DNA of 63,019 bases, filler included, from Sandaracinaceae bacterium (GTDB taxonomy: Bacteria > Myxococcota_A > Polyangia > Polyangiales > JADJQN01): assembly GCA_947483975.1 (NCBI GenBank). It is 14 parts of 14 records of this genome, joined end to end, with 100 filler letters (N's around TTAATTAATTAA, not from the genome) between each part and the next. Parts side by side here need not be neighbours in the genome. Positions count along the whole stretch, not along the records: positions 41,187 to 45,570 come from CANKOL010000420.1; positions 45,671 to 49,973 come from CANKOL010000422.1; positions 50,074 to 54,347 come from CANKOL010000423.1; 11 more parts are not named here. The stretch is one strand, 5' to 3'. A program made the translations under genes and the position numbers. Positions within the stretch are counted from its first letter, which is position 1. Each line of letters begins with the position of its first letter. Positions 44,355 to 53,139 of the stretch are shown in pieces. Below the pieces are notes generated by a model. It was not told the DNA's origin and searched no databases. It saw only the letters and a program-made list of their open reading frames with translations.

Positions 44355-44542
44355 TCCGAGACGCGTGAGTGGGGGGGACCCGACTGGCTTCGCCAGGCGG
44401 GGGGAGCGGGCGCGACGCGGCCGCAAGCTTCGCGCGCGCGCCGCAGTCGACGGCCGCCGGGCGGGGCGCAGGGGACCCGTCCGAAACGCGTGGGTGGGGG
44501 GCCCCGACTGGCTTCGCCAGGCGGGGGGAGGGGGCGCGACGC
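44355..44542. repeat. Two ~63-bp direct repeats (44355-44418 and 44480-44542), each with an internal hairpin
   Basis: tccga.acgcgtg.gtgggggg..ccgactggcttcgccaggcggggggag.gggcgcgacgc occurs twice. Confidence 0.85.
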
Positions 44543-44559
44543 ACCCTCCGCAAAAACTG

Positions 44560-44633
44560 TGGCGATGGAGGGACTCGAACCCCCGACCTAGCGCGTATGA
44601 AACGCCCGCTCTAACCGGCTGAGCTACATCGCC
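44560..44633 (-). tRNA. tRNA-Met(CAT), probably elongator; CCA not encoded
   Basis: Reverse complement GGCGATGTAGCTCAG...TT-CAT-AC...GGTTCGAGTCCCTCCATCGCCA; G1-C72 pair. Confidence 0.92.
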
Positions 44634-44645
44634 AAGAGGCGGCGG

Positions 44646-44673
44646 AGTATAGGGAGGGGGCCCCAACTGTCAA
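44646..44673 (-). promoter_or_regulatory. Near-consensus sigma70 promoter of tRNA-Met
   Basis: TTGACA-16 bp-TATACT on the minus strand, 12 bp upstream of the tRNA. Confidence 0.8.
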
Positions 44674-44802
44674 ACGCGGTTTGCGCGCGCCTCGTTTCGA
44701 AGAACCTGCGGGCACCTCGCGCGTCGGAGCGTGGCATCATCCCGCCGCGCCGGTGGACGGCGCCTCGGGGGCCGCGCGCGCGCGGCGGAGGCATCTCATC
44801 GT

Positions 44803-45570
44803 ATGCAGCGCTCACTCGCTGGACGTCGGTCGCTCTATCTGCCGTTTCTCGTGTTGGCGCTCGGCGCGCTCTTACCGACGCTCCGCGATGCGGAGGCGCA
44901 GGACGCCGGGCGCGCGGGGGCGGTGGGCTACGAGCTCGCGCTCTTCGGCACGCCGCAGGGGACGTACGGCGAGACGCTGCGCGTGCAGGGCATCGCCTAC
45001 GAGGTGCGCGGGCTCGCGGACCTCGTGCCGCTCGCGCAGGGCGAGATCGTCGCGCGGCTGACGTCAATCGCGAACCCGCGCACGGGCTCGCGCGACACGG
45101 TCGTCACGCGCACGGTCGTGCCGGGCGCGGCGGGGCGCTTCGAGGTCACGCTCGATGTGCCGGAGCGCGCGCTCGCGGCGCCGATGCTCGAGCTCGTCGT
45201 CAAGCGGCGCGGCGCGCAGGGGCGGGAGTACGCGTACTCGCTGAGCCTCGGCTCGCCGCTCGGCGTCGACCTGCTGACGGATCGCGTCCTCTACGAGCCG
45301 GGCGAGACCCTGCACGCCTGGTCGCGCCTCGTGCACGCGGCGGACGGAGCGCCCGTCGGCGCGCGGCGCGTGACGCTGAGCGTCGCGGATCCGAGCGGTC
45401 GGCGCATCGCGGAGCAGGTCGTCACGACGAGCCCGGCGGGCGTCGCCGTGCTCGACGCGGCGCTCCCCGCGAGCGCGACCGACGGGATGTACGCGGTGTC
45501 GGCGCAGGCGCTCGACGGCGTCGCGACGGCGTACGCGACGCGGCAGGTGCGCGTCGGGCGGCGGACGGTC
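44803..45570 (+). CDS. MG2-domain (alpha-2-macroglobulin-like) protein (3' truncated)
   Basis: Signal peptide; LLTDRVLYEPGETLH, DPSGR, TSPAGVA..LP...GMY. Confidence 0.75.
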
Positions 45571-45698
45571 NNNNNNNNNNNNNNNNNNNNNNNNNNNNNN
45601 NNNNNNNNNNNNNNTTAATTAATTAANNNNNNNNNNNNNNNNNNNNNNNNNNNNNNNNNNNNNNNNNNNNCGGGGTCCACTCCTCGACGCACGACGAC

Positions 45699-46289
45699 GT
45701 GACAGTGACCCAGCGCAACCTCGACGATCCGACGACGACGACGCTGCTCGTCGCTGACGCGCTCGGCGCGGCGGGCATCGACGCGGTCGTCTACGGCGGG
45801 CTCGCGCTCGCGGTCTGGGGCGATCCGCGCGAGACGAAGGACGCCGACTTCGCCGTCGCCGCGGCCTCGCTGAAGGACGTCCTCGCCGCGCTCCGGCACT
45901 TCGGCCTCGAGGCCGAGACGAGCTTCGACTCGGTGCGGTTCGGCGGGAACGACCTCACGCGCGTCGCGCTCCTCGGCGGGCTCGACACGACGGGTCTCAA
46001 CGTCCTCGATCTCGTGCGCCCCCGCTCGGAGCGCTTCGCGCTCGGCGTACTTCGGCGAGCGCTCGCGGCCCCGATGCGCGGTCGAGAGGTTCGCGTGGTC
46101 TCGCCGGAGGATTTCGTCCTCTTGAAGACGTTGTCGACGCGGGAGCGCGACGTGGAGGACGCGGCGAGCGTGCTGCGGTCGCTGCGAGGGAGCCTCGATG
46201 ACGCGCTGATCGACCGGGAGGCGCAGCTCCTCGCGGCCGAGATCACCGACCATCCAATCCTCGACCGTTTGTCCCGCGCGCGAACGTAG
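45699..46289 (+). CDS. Nucleotidyltransferase-fold protein (DUF6036/AbiEii-like)
   Basis: VYGGLALAVWGDPRETKDADF; SPEDFVLLK...RERDVED. Confidence 0.7.
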   Translation: MTVTQRNLDDPTTTTLLVADALGAAGIDAVVYGGLALAVWGDPRETKDADFAVAAASLKDVLAALRHFGLEAETSFDSVRFGGNDLTRVALLGGLDTTGLNVLDLVRPRSERFALGVLRRALAAPMRGREVRVVSPEDFVLLKTLSTRERDVEDAASVLRSLRGSLDDALIDREAQLLAAEITDHPILDRLSRART

Positions 46290-46468
46290 CTCTCGGCGGA
46301 TGAGGGGCTCGAGCGTTGCGCTTCACTCTGCTCGCTCGCTGACGAAGGCGATGGGAACGCGCAATGGGGGCGCCGGCGGCTGCGGCAGCGCGCGCTTCGA
46401 CTCCGCGGCCTCCACCGTCACGCTGTCGCCGTGAGGCGGCAAGGCGCCTCGGCGAGCGGCGCCCAGCG

Positions 46469-47395
46469 TCAGGAGTCGAAGTAGTCGCTGTCGATCTTGG
46501 GCACCTTGAGCGTCTGCGCGGTCTGCACTCCTTGCCCGTGCTCGATCATCAGGTTCACGAGGCGCTTGCCGTCGATCAGGATGAGCGAGCCCGACACGCT
46601 CGCCGCGTACTGCTCGGCCTCCTTCGTGAAGGACGACGTGGTGATGAACAGCCCCTTGCTCGCCCGCTGCCCTGCGAGCGCGCCGAAGAACGTCTGCACG
46701 TCGGGGCGCCCAATTTTGTTCGCGGGATCCCAGCGCTTGGCCTGGATGTAGATCTTCTCGAGCCCGAGCTTGTCGAGGGAGATGACCCCGTCGACGCCTC
46801 CGTCACCCGAGCGCCCGACGCGCAGCCGCGAGTCGTCGGACGTGCCGTAGCCCATGCGCCCGAGCAGCTCGATCACGATCTCCTCGAAGAACGTCGGATC
46901 GGTCCGCTGCAGCAGCCGCGCGAGTTCATCCGCGACCGAAGCGACGATGCGCTTGTGCGCAGTCAGCATCTGCTCCTCCGGCGTGCTCTCGCTGGGTGCG
47001 GCGTCGTGCGGCCCAATCGCCTCGTCCGAGACGGAGCCGCCCTCGTCCGTCGCGCGCGACTCGAGGTACGCGGGGATCGTCTGCAGGACTCGGAGGTCGA
47101 TACCCCCGCTGTGCGCGGCGAGGAAGGTGCGCCCCGCGGGGGTGATGGCCCAAGCACCCCGCGAAGGCGCGTGCACGAGCCCCGCGAAGCGGAGGTACGC
47201 GGACGCCCAGCCGATTCGGTTCTGGTACGTGCGCTGTTTGCCGCTCGGCAGCAGCTGCGCGCGTGCCTCTTCCGAGAGCTTCACCGCGTCGGCGAGCTTC
47301 GCGTAGGCATCGCGCGCACGGAGCGGCGCGGGCTCGTTGGCGAGCAATTCGAGCAATGGCCGCATGAAGTCTTGAAAGCCGGGAACGTCGATCAT
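46469..47395 (-). CDS. mrr: Mrr restriction endonuclease (type IV)
   Basis: PGFQDFMRPLL, NRIGWA..YL, FFEEIVIELL..MGY, DGGVDG, IQAKRW, LIDG. Confidence 0.92.
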   Translation of the reverse strand: MIDVPGFQDFMRPLLELLANEPAPLRARDAYAKLADAVKLSEEARAQLLPSGKQRTYQNRIGWASAYLRFAGLVHAPSRGAWAITPAGRTFLAAHSGGIDLRVLQTIPAYLESRATDEGGSVSDEAIGPHDAAPSESTPEEQMLTAHKRIVASVADELARLLQRTDPTFFEEIVIELLGRMGYGTSDDSRLRVGRSGDGGVDGVISLDKLGLEKIYIQAKRWDPANKIGRPDVQTFFGALAGQRASKGLFITTSSFTKEAEQYAASVSGSLILIDGKRLVNLMIEHGQGVQTAQTLKVPKIDSDYFDS

Positions 47396-47670
47396 GCGCA
47401 GGGAGGGTACACGTATGGGCTCACTCCCCGTGCCTTCCGCGCTCGACAGCGCCTCCCACAGCGAAGGCCGGGTGCCGAGCGCAGGCGGATGGGCGCGCTC
47501 GCAGCGATGGTTTGCCGGGGAGCTCGACCGACGTCTCACGCCCCTCGCGAGAACGCGGGCCCCGTCCGACGAGCACGGTGCCCGGCCGGCGCGGTCGCGC
47601 AGCGCGTTGCGCGGCGCAGGGCGCCGCTCGGCCGCTGCGCAACCCCGCGCGTCTACGCTATCCTCCGCCA

Positions 47671-47895
47671 ATGTCGTCTTCGCCGGAGCGCATCACGATC
47701 GACCTCGAGCAGTGCGGCGGGCGACCGTGCGTCCGCGGGATGCGGATCCGTGTGACCGACGTGCTCGACCTGCTCGCTTCGGGGCTGTCGCACGCGGAGG
47801 TGCTGCAAGAGCTCCCTGACCTCGAGCCCGACGACCTCGAAGCGTGCCTCCGCTTCGCGAGCCGACGGCTCGATCACCCGATCTTGGCCGCGTGA
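47671..47895 (+). CDS. DUF433 domain protein (putative antitoxin)
   Basis: RITID..QCGGRPCVRGMRIRVTDVLDLLASG...PDLEPDDLEACLRFA. Confidence 0.9.
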   Translation: MSSSPERITIDLEQCGGRPCVRGMRIRVTDVLDLLASGLSHAEVLQELPDLEPDDLEACLRFASRRLDHPILAA

Positions 47896-47939
47896 AGCTC
47901 TGTCGACTCGCTCGGCGATGGCGCCGCTCGACCACATAG
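47892..47939 (+). pseudogene. Possible remnant of a DUF5615/PIN toxin
   Basis: GTG overlaps the DUF433 stop; gtgaagctctg/tcgac resembles MKL(W)VD, then the frame closes after 15 codons. Confidence 0.35.
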
Positions 47940-47979
47940 CGCGTCCGGTGCATAGGAGCGGAGCCTTCGACGCTCACGA

Positions 47980-48183
47980 ATGGGTGCAGACGTGCCTCGC
48001 AGAAACCTCGCAGATCCGAGCTACGAACCGAGCGACGACGAGCTGCGCGAGCTGTCGCAGCGCGCGTTCGCGCACATTCCCGCGCAGCAGGCGCGGGTCG
48101 CGCGCGAGCTGAGCGAGCGCATCGCGGTGCTCCGCGAGGCCGCCGCGACGGCCGCGCCGTCGGCGAAGGCCAAGGCTCCGTGA
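47980..48183 (+). CDS. Small hypothetical protein, putative partner of the downstream P-loop gene
   Basis: 67-aa ORF whose stop overlaps the next GTG. Confidence 0.5.
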   Translation: MGADVPRRNLADPSYEPSDDELRELSQRAFAHIPAQQARVARELSERIAVLREAAATAAPSAKAKAP

Positions 48184-48440
48184 GCCCGGTGCTGATCGTC
48201 ATCGCTGGGCCGAACGGCTCGGGGAAGACGACCGTCACGGAGCGCTTGCGGGCTGACCATTGGAGCGACGGAGTCGAGTACTTGAACCCCGACGAGGTCG
48301 CTCGCGATCGCTTCGGGGACTGGAACTCCCCCGCCGCCGTGCTCCGCGCCGGGAGTGTCGCGCTGCGGTCGTGGATCGACAGCGCCTTGGCTGGGCTGCC
48401 TCGGCATCCGGAGCACCGAGACCCTCGCACGGCGGAGTAG
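48180..48440 (+). pseudogene. Truncated zeta-toxin/AAA P-loop protein
   Basis: LIVIAGPNGSGKTT and YLNPDEVA are intact, but the ORF is only 86 aa and lacks the downstream FET motif. Confidence 0.7.
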
Positions 48441-48497
48441 CCGCCTCGCGCGTTTGAGATTGCCCGCGCGCCGCGCAAATCGTAGCGTCCGCGCGCA

Positions 48498-49106
48498 ATG
48501 AAGTGCCCGTTCTGCGCCACGCTCGAGAACAAGGTCATCGACTCGCGGCTCTCGGCCGGCGGTGAGGTGACCCGGAGGCGGCGTGAGTGCGAGGCCTGCG
48601 CGCGCCGGTACACGACCTACGAGCGCGTCGAGCAGGTGCTGCCGCTCGTCATCAAGAAGGACGATCGGCGCGAGGCGTTCGACCGCATGAAGGTGCTCGC
48701 CGGGCTGCGCCGCGCGGTCGAGAAGCGGCCCGTCTCGTCGGAGGACCTCGAGCGCTTCGTCGACACCATCGAGCGGGAGCTGGTCGAGACCGGCGAGAAG
48801 GAAGTGCCCTCCTCGGCCATCGGCGAGAAGGTCATGCAGCACCTCCGCGAGCTCGATCAGGTCGCGTACGTGCGCTTCGCGAGCGTCTACCGCGAGTTCA
48901 AGGACATCCACGAGTTCATGGAGGCGCTCTCGACGCTGCTGAAGGCGTCGACGGGCGCGGGCGGGACGGCGGCGCCGCTCGCTGCCGCAGCGACGCCGGT
49001 GTTGGGGACGCCCGTGTTGGGGACGCCGGTGTTGGGGACGCCCGTGTCGGCGATGGGCGCGCGTGGGATCGCCGCGCCGGAGCGGAAATCGGGCGGAGAC
49101 GACTGA
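48498..49106 (+). CDS. nrdR: Transcriptional repressor NrdR with a C-terminal extension
   Basis: MKCPFC..KVIDSR..RRRREC..RYTTYE, ATP cone, [13 protein letters not shown]. Confidence 0.95.
   Translation: MKCPFCATLENKVIDSRLSAGGEVTRRRRECEACARRYTTYERVEQVLPLVIKKDDRREAFDRMKVLAGLRRAVEKRPVSSEDLERFVDTIERELVETGEKEVPSSAIGEKVMQHLRELDQVAYVRFASVYREFKDIHEFMEALSTLLKASTGAGGTAAPLAAAATPVLGTPVLGTPVLGTPVSAMGARGIAAPERKSGGDD
48993..49046 (+). repeat. 15-bp tandem repeat (TPVLG x3 plus a partial copy) in the nrdR tail
   Basis: acgcc(g/c)gtgttgggg repeated three times. Confidence 0.85.
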
Positions 49107-49973
49107 TGGCCGGCGGCGACCTGTCCGTGCTCGACGTGCAGCTGATGAGGGCCGCGCTCAAGGCGGGGGCGAGCGGGCGACCGAGCCCGTCCCCGCACGT
49201 CGGCGCGGTCCTCGCGCAGGGCAGTGAGGTCGTCGGCGTCGGGCACCACGAGCGCGCTGACACGGTGCACGCGGAGGTCGCGGCGCTGCGCGCGGCGGGC
49301 AAGCGCGCGCGGGGCGCGACGCTCTACACGACGTTCGAGCCTTGCGATGACCCCGGCAGCACCGGGGCGTGCACGCAGCTGCTGCTCGCGGCGGGCGTCG
49401 CGCGCGTCGTGATCGGCGCGCGAAACCCCGCGCTCCCTGTGCCGGGCGCGGTCGAGCGCTTGCGGGCGGCGGGGCTCGAGGTCGTGCTCGGCGTGCAAGA
49501 GCACGCGGCGCGTCGGCTCGTCGCGGACCACCTCAAGCACCGCCTGCGCGGGCTGCCGTTCGTGCAGCTGAAGGGCGCCGTCACGCTCGACGGGCGCATC
49601 GCGACGCGCACGGGGGACTCGCGCTGGATCACCGGGCTCGACGCGCGCAAGGAGGCGCATCGCCTCCGCAAGGCGAGCGACGCCGTCCTCGTCGGCGTCG
49701 GCACCGTGCTCGCCGACGACCCCGAGCTGACCGTGCGGCATATCCGCGGGCGGGACCCGCTGCGCGTCGTGCTCGACAGCGCGCTGCGGACGCCGCTCTC
49801 GGCGAAGCTCGTGCGGCATCGCTCGACCGCGGCGACGCTGATCCTCCATGGCCCCGACGCGCCCGGCGAGAAGCGCGCCGCGCTCTCGGCGCTGCCCGGC
49901 GTCGAGCTAGTCGAGGTGCCGCGCGCGGCGGGCGGCGGGCTCGACCTCGACGCGGCGCTCCGCGAGATCGCCC
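49106..49973 (+). CDS. ribD: Riboflavin biosynthesis deaminase/reductase RibD (3' truncated)
   Basis: HAE..EPC...C; LDGRIATRTGDSRWIT; GVGTVLADDPELTVR; follows nrdR. Confidence 0.9.
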
Positions 49974-50073
49974 NNNNNNNNNNNNNNNNNNNNNNNNNNN
50001 NNNNNNNNNNNNNNNNNTTAATTAATTAANNNNNNNNNNNNNNNNNNNNNNNNNNNNNNNNNNNNNNNNNNNN

Positions 50074-50396
50074 CACGTGTAGGTCATCGTCCGGAACTTA
50101 CGGATGACGAACGGCCGCCCATGACGGCCGGGGCGCTGCTGCTCGAAGAGCACGGGCGCGCCCATCGTCACGCGGACGGCGCACGCGGCGCCGGCGAGCA
50201 GCGGCGCGACGGCGACGAGGCCGCTCGCCGCGACGCTGACGTCGAGCGCCCGCTTGACGGCGAGGCGCCAGCCGCGCTGCTTGTGGGTCGGTTGGCTCAC
50301 AGGGGGCTTCGATGCGCGGTCGGGGCTGGGGCGTTCAACGGCCGCTCGAGCGCGCTCTGAAGCGGCCCGCGCGAGGTCGGTGACGAGGGGCAGCAT
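50074..50396 (-). CDS. Sugar (phosphoglycosyl) transferase (3' truncated)
   Basis: KRALDV...PVLFEQQRPGRHGRPFVIRKFRTM. Confidence 0.85.
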
Positions 50397-50485
50397 GGGG
50401 GCGTGGTTCTACTATGGACGGGACTGGAATGCTGCGGTTTCGCCTGCTGCCTCCCGTGACGCTGCAGCGGCTTTGAGCCGGTTGC

Positions 50486-51427
50486 TCACCCCCGCAGCGT
50501 CGCCTGATGCTCGAGGAACCACTGGTAGGTGCTGCGCACGCCCGCTTCGAGCGCGATGCGGTGGCGCCAGCCTGCTGCGTGGAGGCGCGTGACGTCGAGC
50601 AGCTTGCGGGGGGTGCCGTCGGGCTTCGTGAGGTCGTGGATGATGGTGCCCTCGAAGCCGACGACCGCCTTCACTAGCTCCGCGAGGTCGCGGATGGTGA
50701 TGTCCTCGCCGGTGCCGACGTTGACGATGTCGGGGGAGTCGTAGTGCTGCATCAAGTGCACGCAGGCGTCGGCGAGGTCGTCGACGTGGAGGAACTCGCG
50801 GCGCGGCGTGCCGGTGCCCCACATCACGACCTCGCGCGCGCCGCTCAGCTTCGCCTCGTGGAACTTGCGGAGCAGCGCGGGCAGCACGTGGGAGGCGTCG
50901 AGGTCGAAGTTGTCGCCCGGGCCGTAGAGGTTGGTGGGCATCAGCGAGATGGCGTGGAAGCCGTACTGCGCGCGGTAGGCCTGGCAGAGCTTGATGCCGG
51001 CGATCTTGGCGATGGCGTACCACTCGTTGGTCGGCTCGAGCGGACCGGTGAGGAGGGCGTCCTCGGTGATCGGCTGGGGTGCGAGCTTCGGGTAGATGCA
51101 GGAGCTGCCGAGGAAGAGCAGCTTCTTCACGCCCGCTGCGTGGCTCGCGTCGATGAGGTGCGTCTGCATGAGCAGGTTCGCGCGGAGGAAGTCGACGGGG
51201 CGCGTCGCGTTGGCGAGGATGCCGCCGACCTTCGCCGCGGCCATGAAGACGTACTCAGGCGCCTCTTCGCGGAAGAGCCTGGACACCGCGTCGGCGTTCT
51301 CGAGGTCGCACTCTGCGCGGCTGCGCGTGATGAGGTTGTCGAAGCCCGCGGAGACGAGGCGACGCACGATGGCGCTGCCGACCAGCCCGCGGTGGCCGGC
51401 TACGTAGATGCGGCTGTTGCTATCCAT
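50486..51427 (-). CDS. fcl: GDP-L-fucose synthase
   Basis: [46 protein letters not shown]. Confidence 0.95.
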   Translation of the reverse strand: MDSNSRIYVAGHRGLVGSAIVRRLVSAGFDNLITRSRAECDLENADAVSRLFREEAPEYVFMAAAKVGGILANATRPVDFLRANLLMQTHLIDASHAAGVKKLLFLGSSCIYPKLAPQPITEDALLTGPLEPTNEWYAIAKIAGIKLCQAYRAQYGFHAISLMPTNLYGPGDNFDLDASHVLPALLRKFHEAKLSGAREVVMWGTGTPRREFLHVDDLADACVHLMQHYDSPDIVNVGTGEDITIRDLAELVKAVVGFEGTIIHDLTKPDGTPRKLLDVTRLHAAGWRHRIALEAGVRSTYQWFLEHQATLRG

Positions 51428-51521
51428 CGTCCGTCTTTCTTGCGGTAGATGCCTCCGAAGGGCTCAGATACCCCGCAGGTCGCTCGACTATGCTGCACTC
51501 TGCCCTCGAGGAGCACGTTCC

Positions 51522-52550
51522 GTGAAGAAAGCACTCATCACCGGCATCACCGGCCAGGACGGCAGCTACCTCGCGGAGCTGCTGCTGCAGAAGGGCTACG
51601 AGGTGCACGGGGTGATGCGTCGCGCCTCGACGTTCAACACCGAGCGCGTGGACCACATCTACCGCGACCCGCACCTGCCCGGCACGCGGCTCTTCTTGCA
51701 CTTCGGCGACCTCAACGACGCCTCGTCGCTGAACACGATCTTGCGGAAGGTGCGGCCCGACGAGATCTACAACCTCGGCGCGCAGAGCCATGTGCGCGTG
51801 TCGTTCGACGTGCCGGAGTACACCGGCGAGGTGACGGGGCTCGGGACGGTGCGGCTGCTCGAGGCGGTGCGTGACACGGGGCTCGAGGGCACGCGCATCT
51901 ACCAGGCGTCGTCGTCGGAGATGTTCGGCTCATCGCTGCCGCCGCAGAGCGAGGAGACGAGGTTCCACCCGCGGAGCCCGTACGGCTGCGCGAAGGTGTA
52001 CTCGTTCTGGATCTCGGTGAACTACCGCGAGTCGTACGGGATGCACGTGTCGAACGGGATCCTGTTCAACCACGAGTCTCCACGCCGCGGCGAGACGTTC
52101 GTCACGCGCAAGATCACGCGCGCGGCCTCGCGCATCAAGCTCGGCCTGCAGAAGAAGCTGTTCCTCGGCAACCTGGAGGCGAAGCGCGACTGGGGCTACG
52201 CGAAGGACTACGTCGAGGCGATGTGGACCATGCTGCAGCAGCCGCAGCCCGACGACTACGTCATCGCGACGGGCGCAGCGCACAGCGTGCGGGACCTGTG
52301 CGAGCGGGCCTTCGGGCACGTCGGCCTCGACTACCGCGACTTCGTCGAGGTGGACCCGAAGTACTACCGCCCGACGGAGGTGGACTACCTGCTCGGGGAC
52401 GCGAGCAAGGCGGCGAGCGTGCTCGGCTGGAAGCCACGCACGACCTTCGCGGAGCTCGTGCAGATCATGATGGAGAGCGACATGGCGCTCGCCCAGCGGG
52501 AAATGCGAGCGGGCGGCGACGGGCCCGGAGCGCACGGCTCAGGCGAGTAG
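51522..52550 (+). CDS. gmd: GDP-mannose 4,6-dehydratase
   Basis: [43 protein letters not shown] start with gagga RBS. Confidence 0.95.
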   Translation: MKKALITGITGQDGSYLAELLLQKGYEVHGVMRRASTFNTERVDHIYRDPHLPGTRLFLHFGDLNDASSLNTILRKVRPDEIYNLGAQSHVRVSFDVPEYTGEVTGLGTVRLLEAVRDTGLEGTRIYQASSSEMFGSSLPPQSEETRFHPRSPYGCAKVYSFWISVNYRESYGMHVSNGILFNHESPRRGETFVTRKITRAASRIKLGLQKKLFLGNLEAKRDWGYAKDYVEAMWTMLQQPQPDDYVIATGAAHSVRDLCERAFGHVGLDYRDFVEVDPKYYRPTEVDYLLGDASKAASVLGWKPRTTFAELVQIMMESDMALAQREMRAGGDGPGAHGSGE

Positions 52551-52623
52551 GGCGGCCTCAGGGGAGGGGCGCGCAGCTCCCGCCGCTCCCCGCCCCAAGC
52601 CGCGCCCATGCACAGGGCGCCCG

Positions 52624-52890
52624 ATGTCGACGACGCCGCATGACACGCGGACCGAGGCGATCCTCGGCAAGCCTGAGCACGGGGCGACGGTGCTACGGGA
52701 CGCGCGGAGCGCCAACGACTTGATGGCGTACGCAAAGCGGCTCTACGACCTGCTCGTGGCCGCGCACCGCCAGGATGGGCACGCGTTTGTCGAGCTCGTC
52801 GGCTACCTGATTCGTACCCACAACCCGACCTCGCCACCGCGCGCAAGGTCGCTGCTATGCTTCCGCCAGAGGCACGGGAGGACGTCGTGA
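52624..52890 (+). pseudogene. Rpn copy 1: internally deleted and frameshifted nuclease portion
   Basis: MSTTPHD...ILGKPEH is joined directly to TVLRDARSANDLM; 1-bp deletion near 52826 relative to copy 2. Confidence 0.85.
52853..52883 (+). promoter_or_regulatory. Internal extended -10 and RBS (Rpn copy 1)
   Basis: TGcTATGCT ... GGGAGGA, then GTG at 52887. Confidence 0.65.
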
Positions 52891-53075
52891 ACGCCTATGA
52901 TGAACTCAGGGCCGAGGGCCGTCGCCTGACGCTCGCGAAGCTGATCCGCCTGCGCTTCGGCGCGCTCAGCGACACCGCGCGCGCCTGCCTCGACGCGGCG
53001 GACGAGGCCAGCCTCGACCTCTGGACCGAGCGCATCCTCTTCGCGGCGACGCTCGACGAGCTGTTCGCGGGCTGA
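52887..53075 (+). CDS. Small C-terminal Rpn protein (RpnS-like, DUF4351-like), 62 aa
   Basis: Intact frame: NAYDELRAEGRR..LAKLIRLRFGAL...LDLWTERILFAATLDELFAG. Confidence 0.7.
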   Translation: MNAYDELRAEGRRLTLAKLIRLRFGALSDTARACLDAADEASLDLWTERILFAATLDELFAG

Positions 53076-53139
53076 GGAGCGTCGGCCCGCAAATCCCCGC
53101 CCGCTGCCGCCGACAAGCCGCCCATGCCGAGGGCGCCCG

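Noticed and set aside
44355..44542. Possible CRISPR array
   Set aside because: Only two units, the repeat is too long (~63 bp), and no cas genes are in the window.
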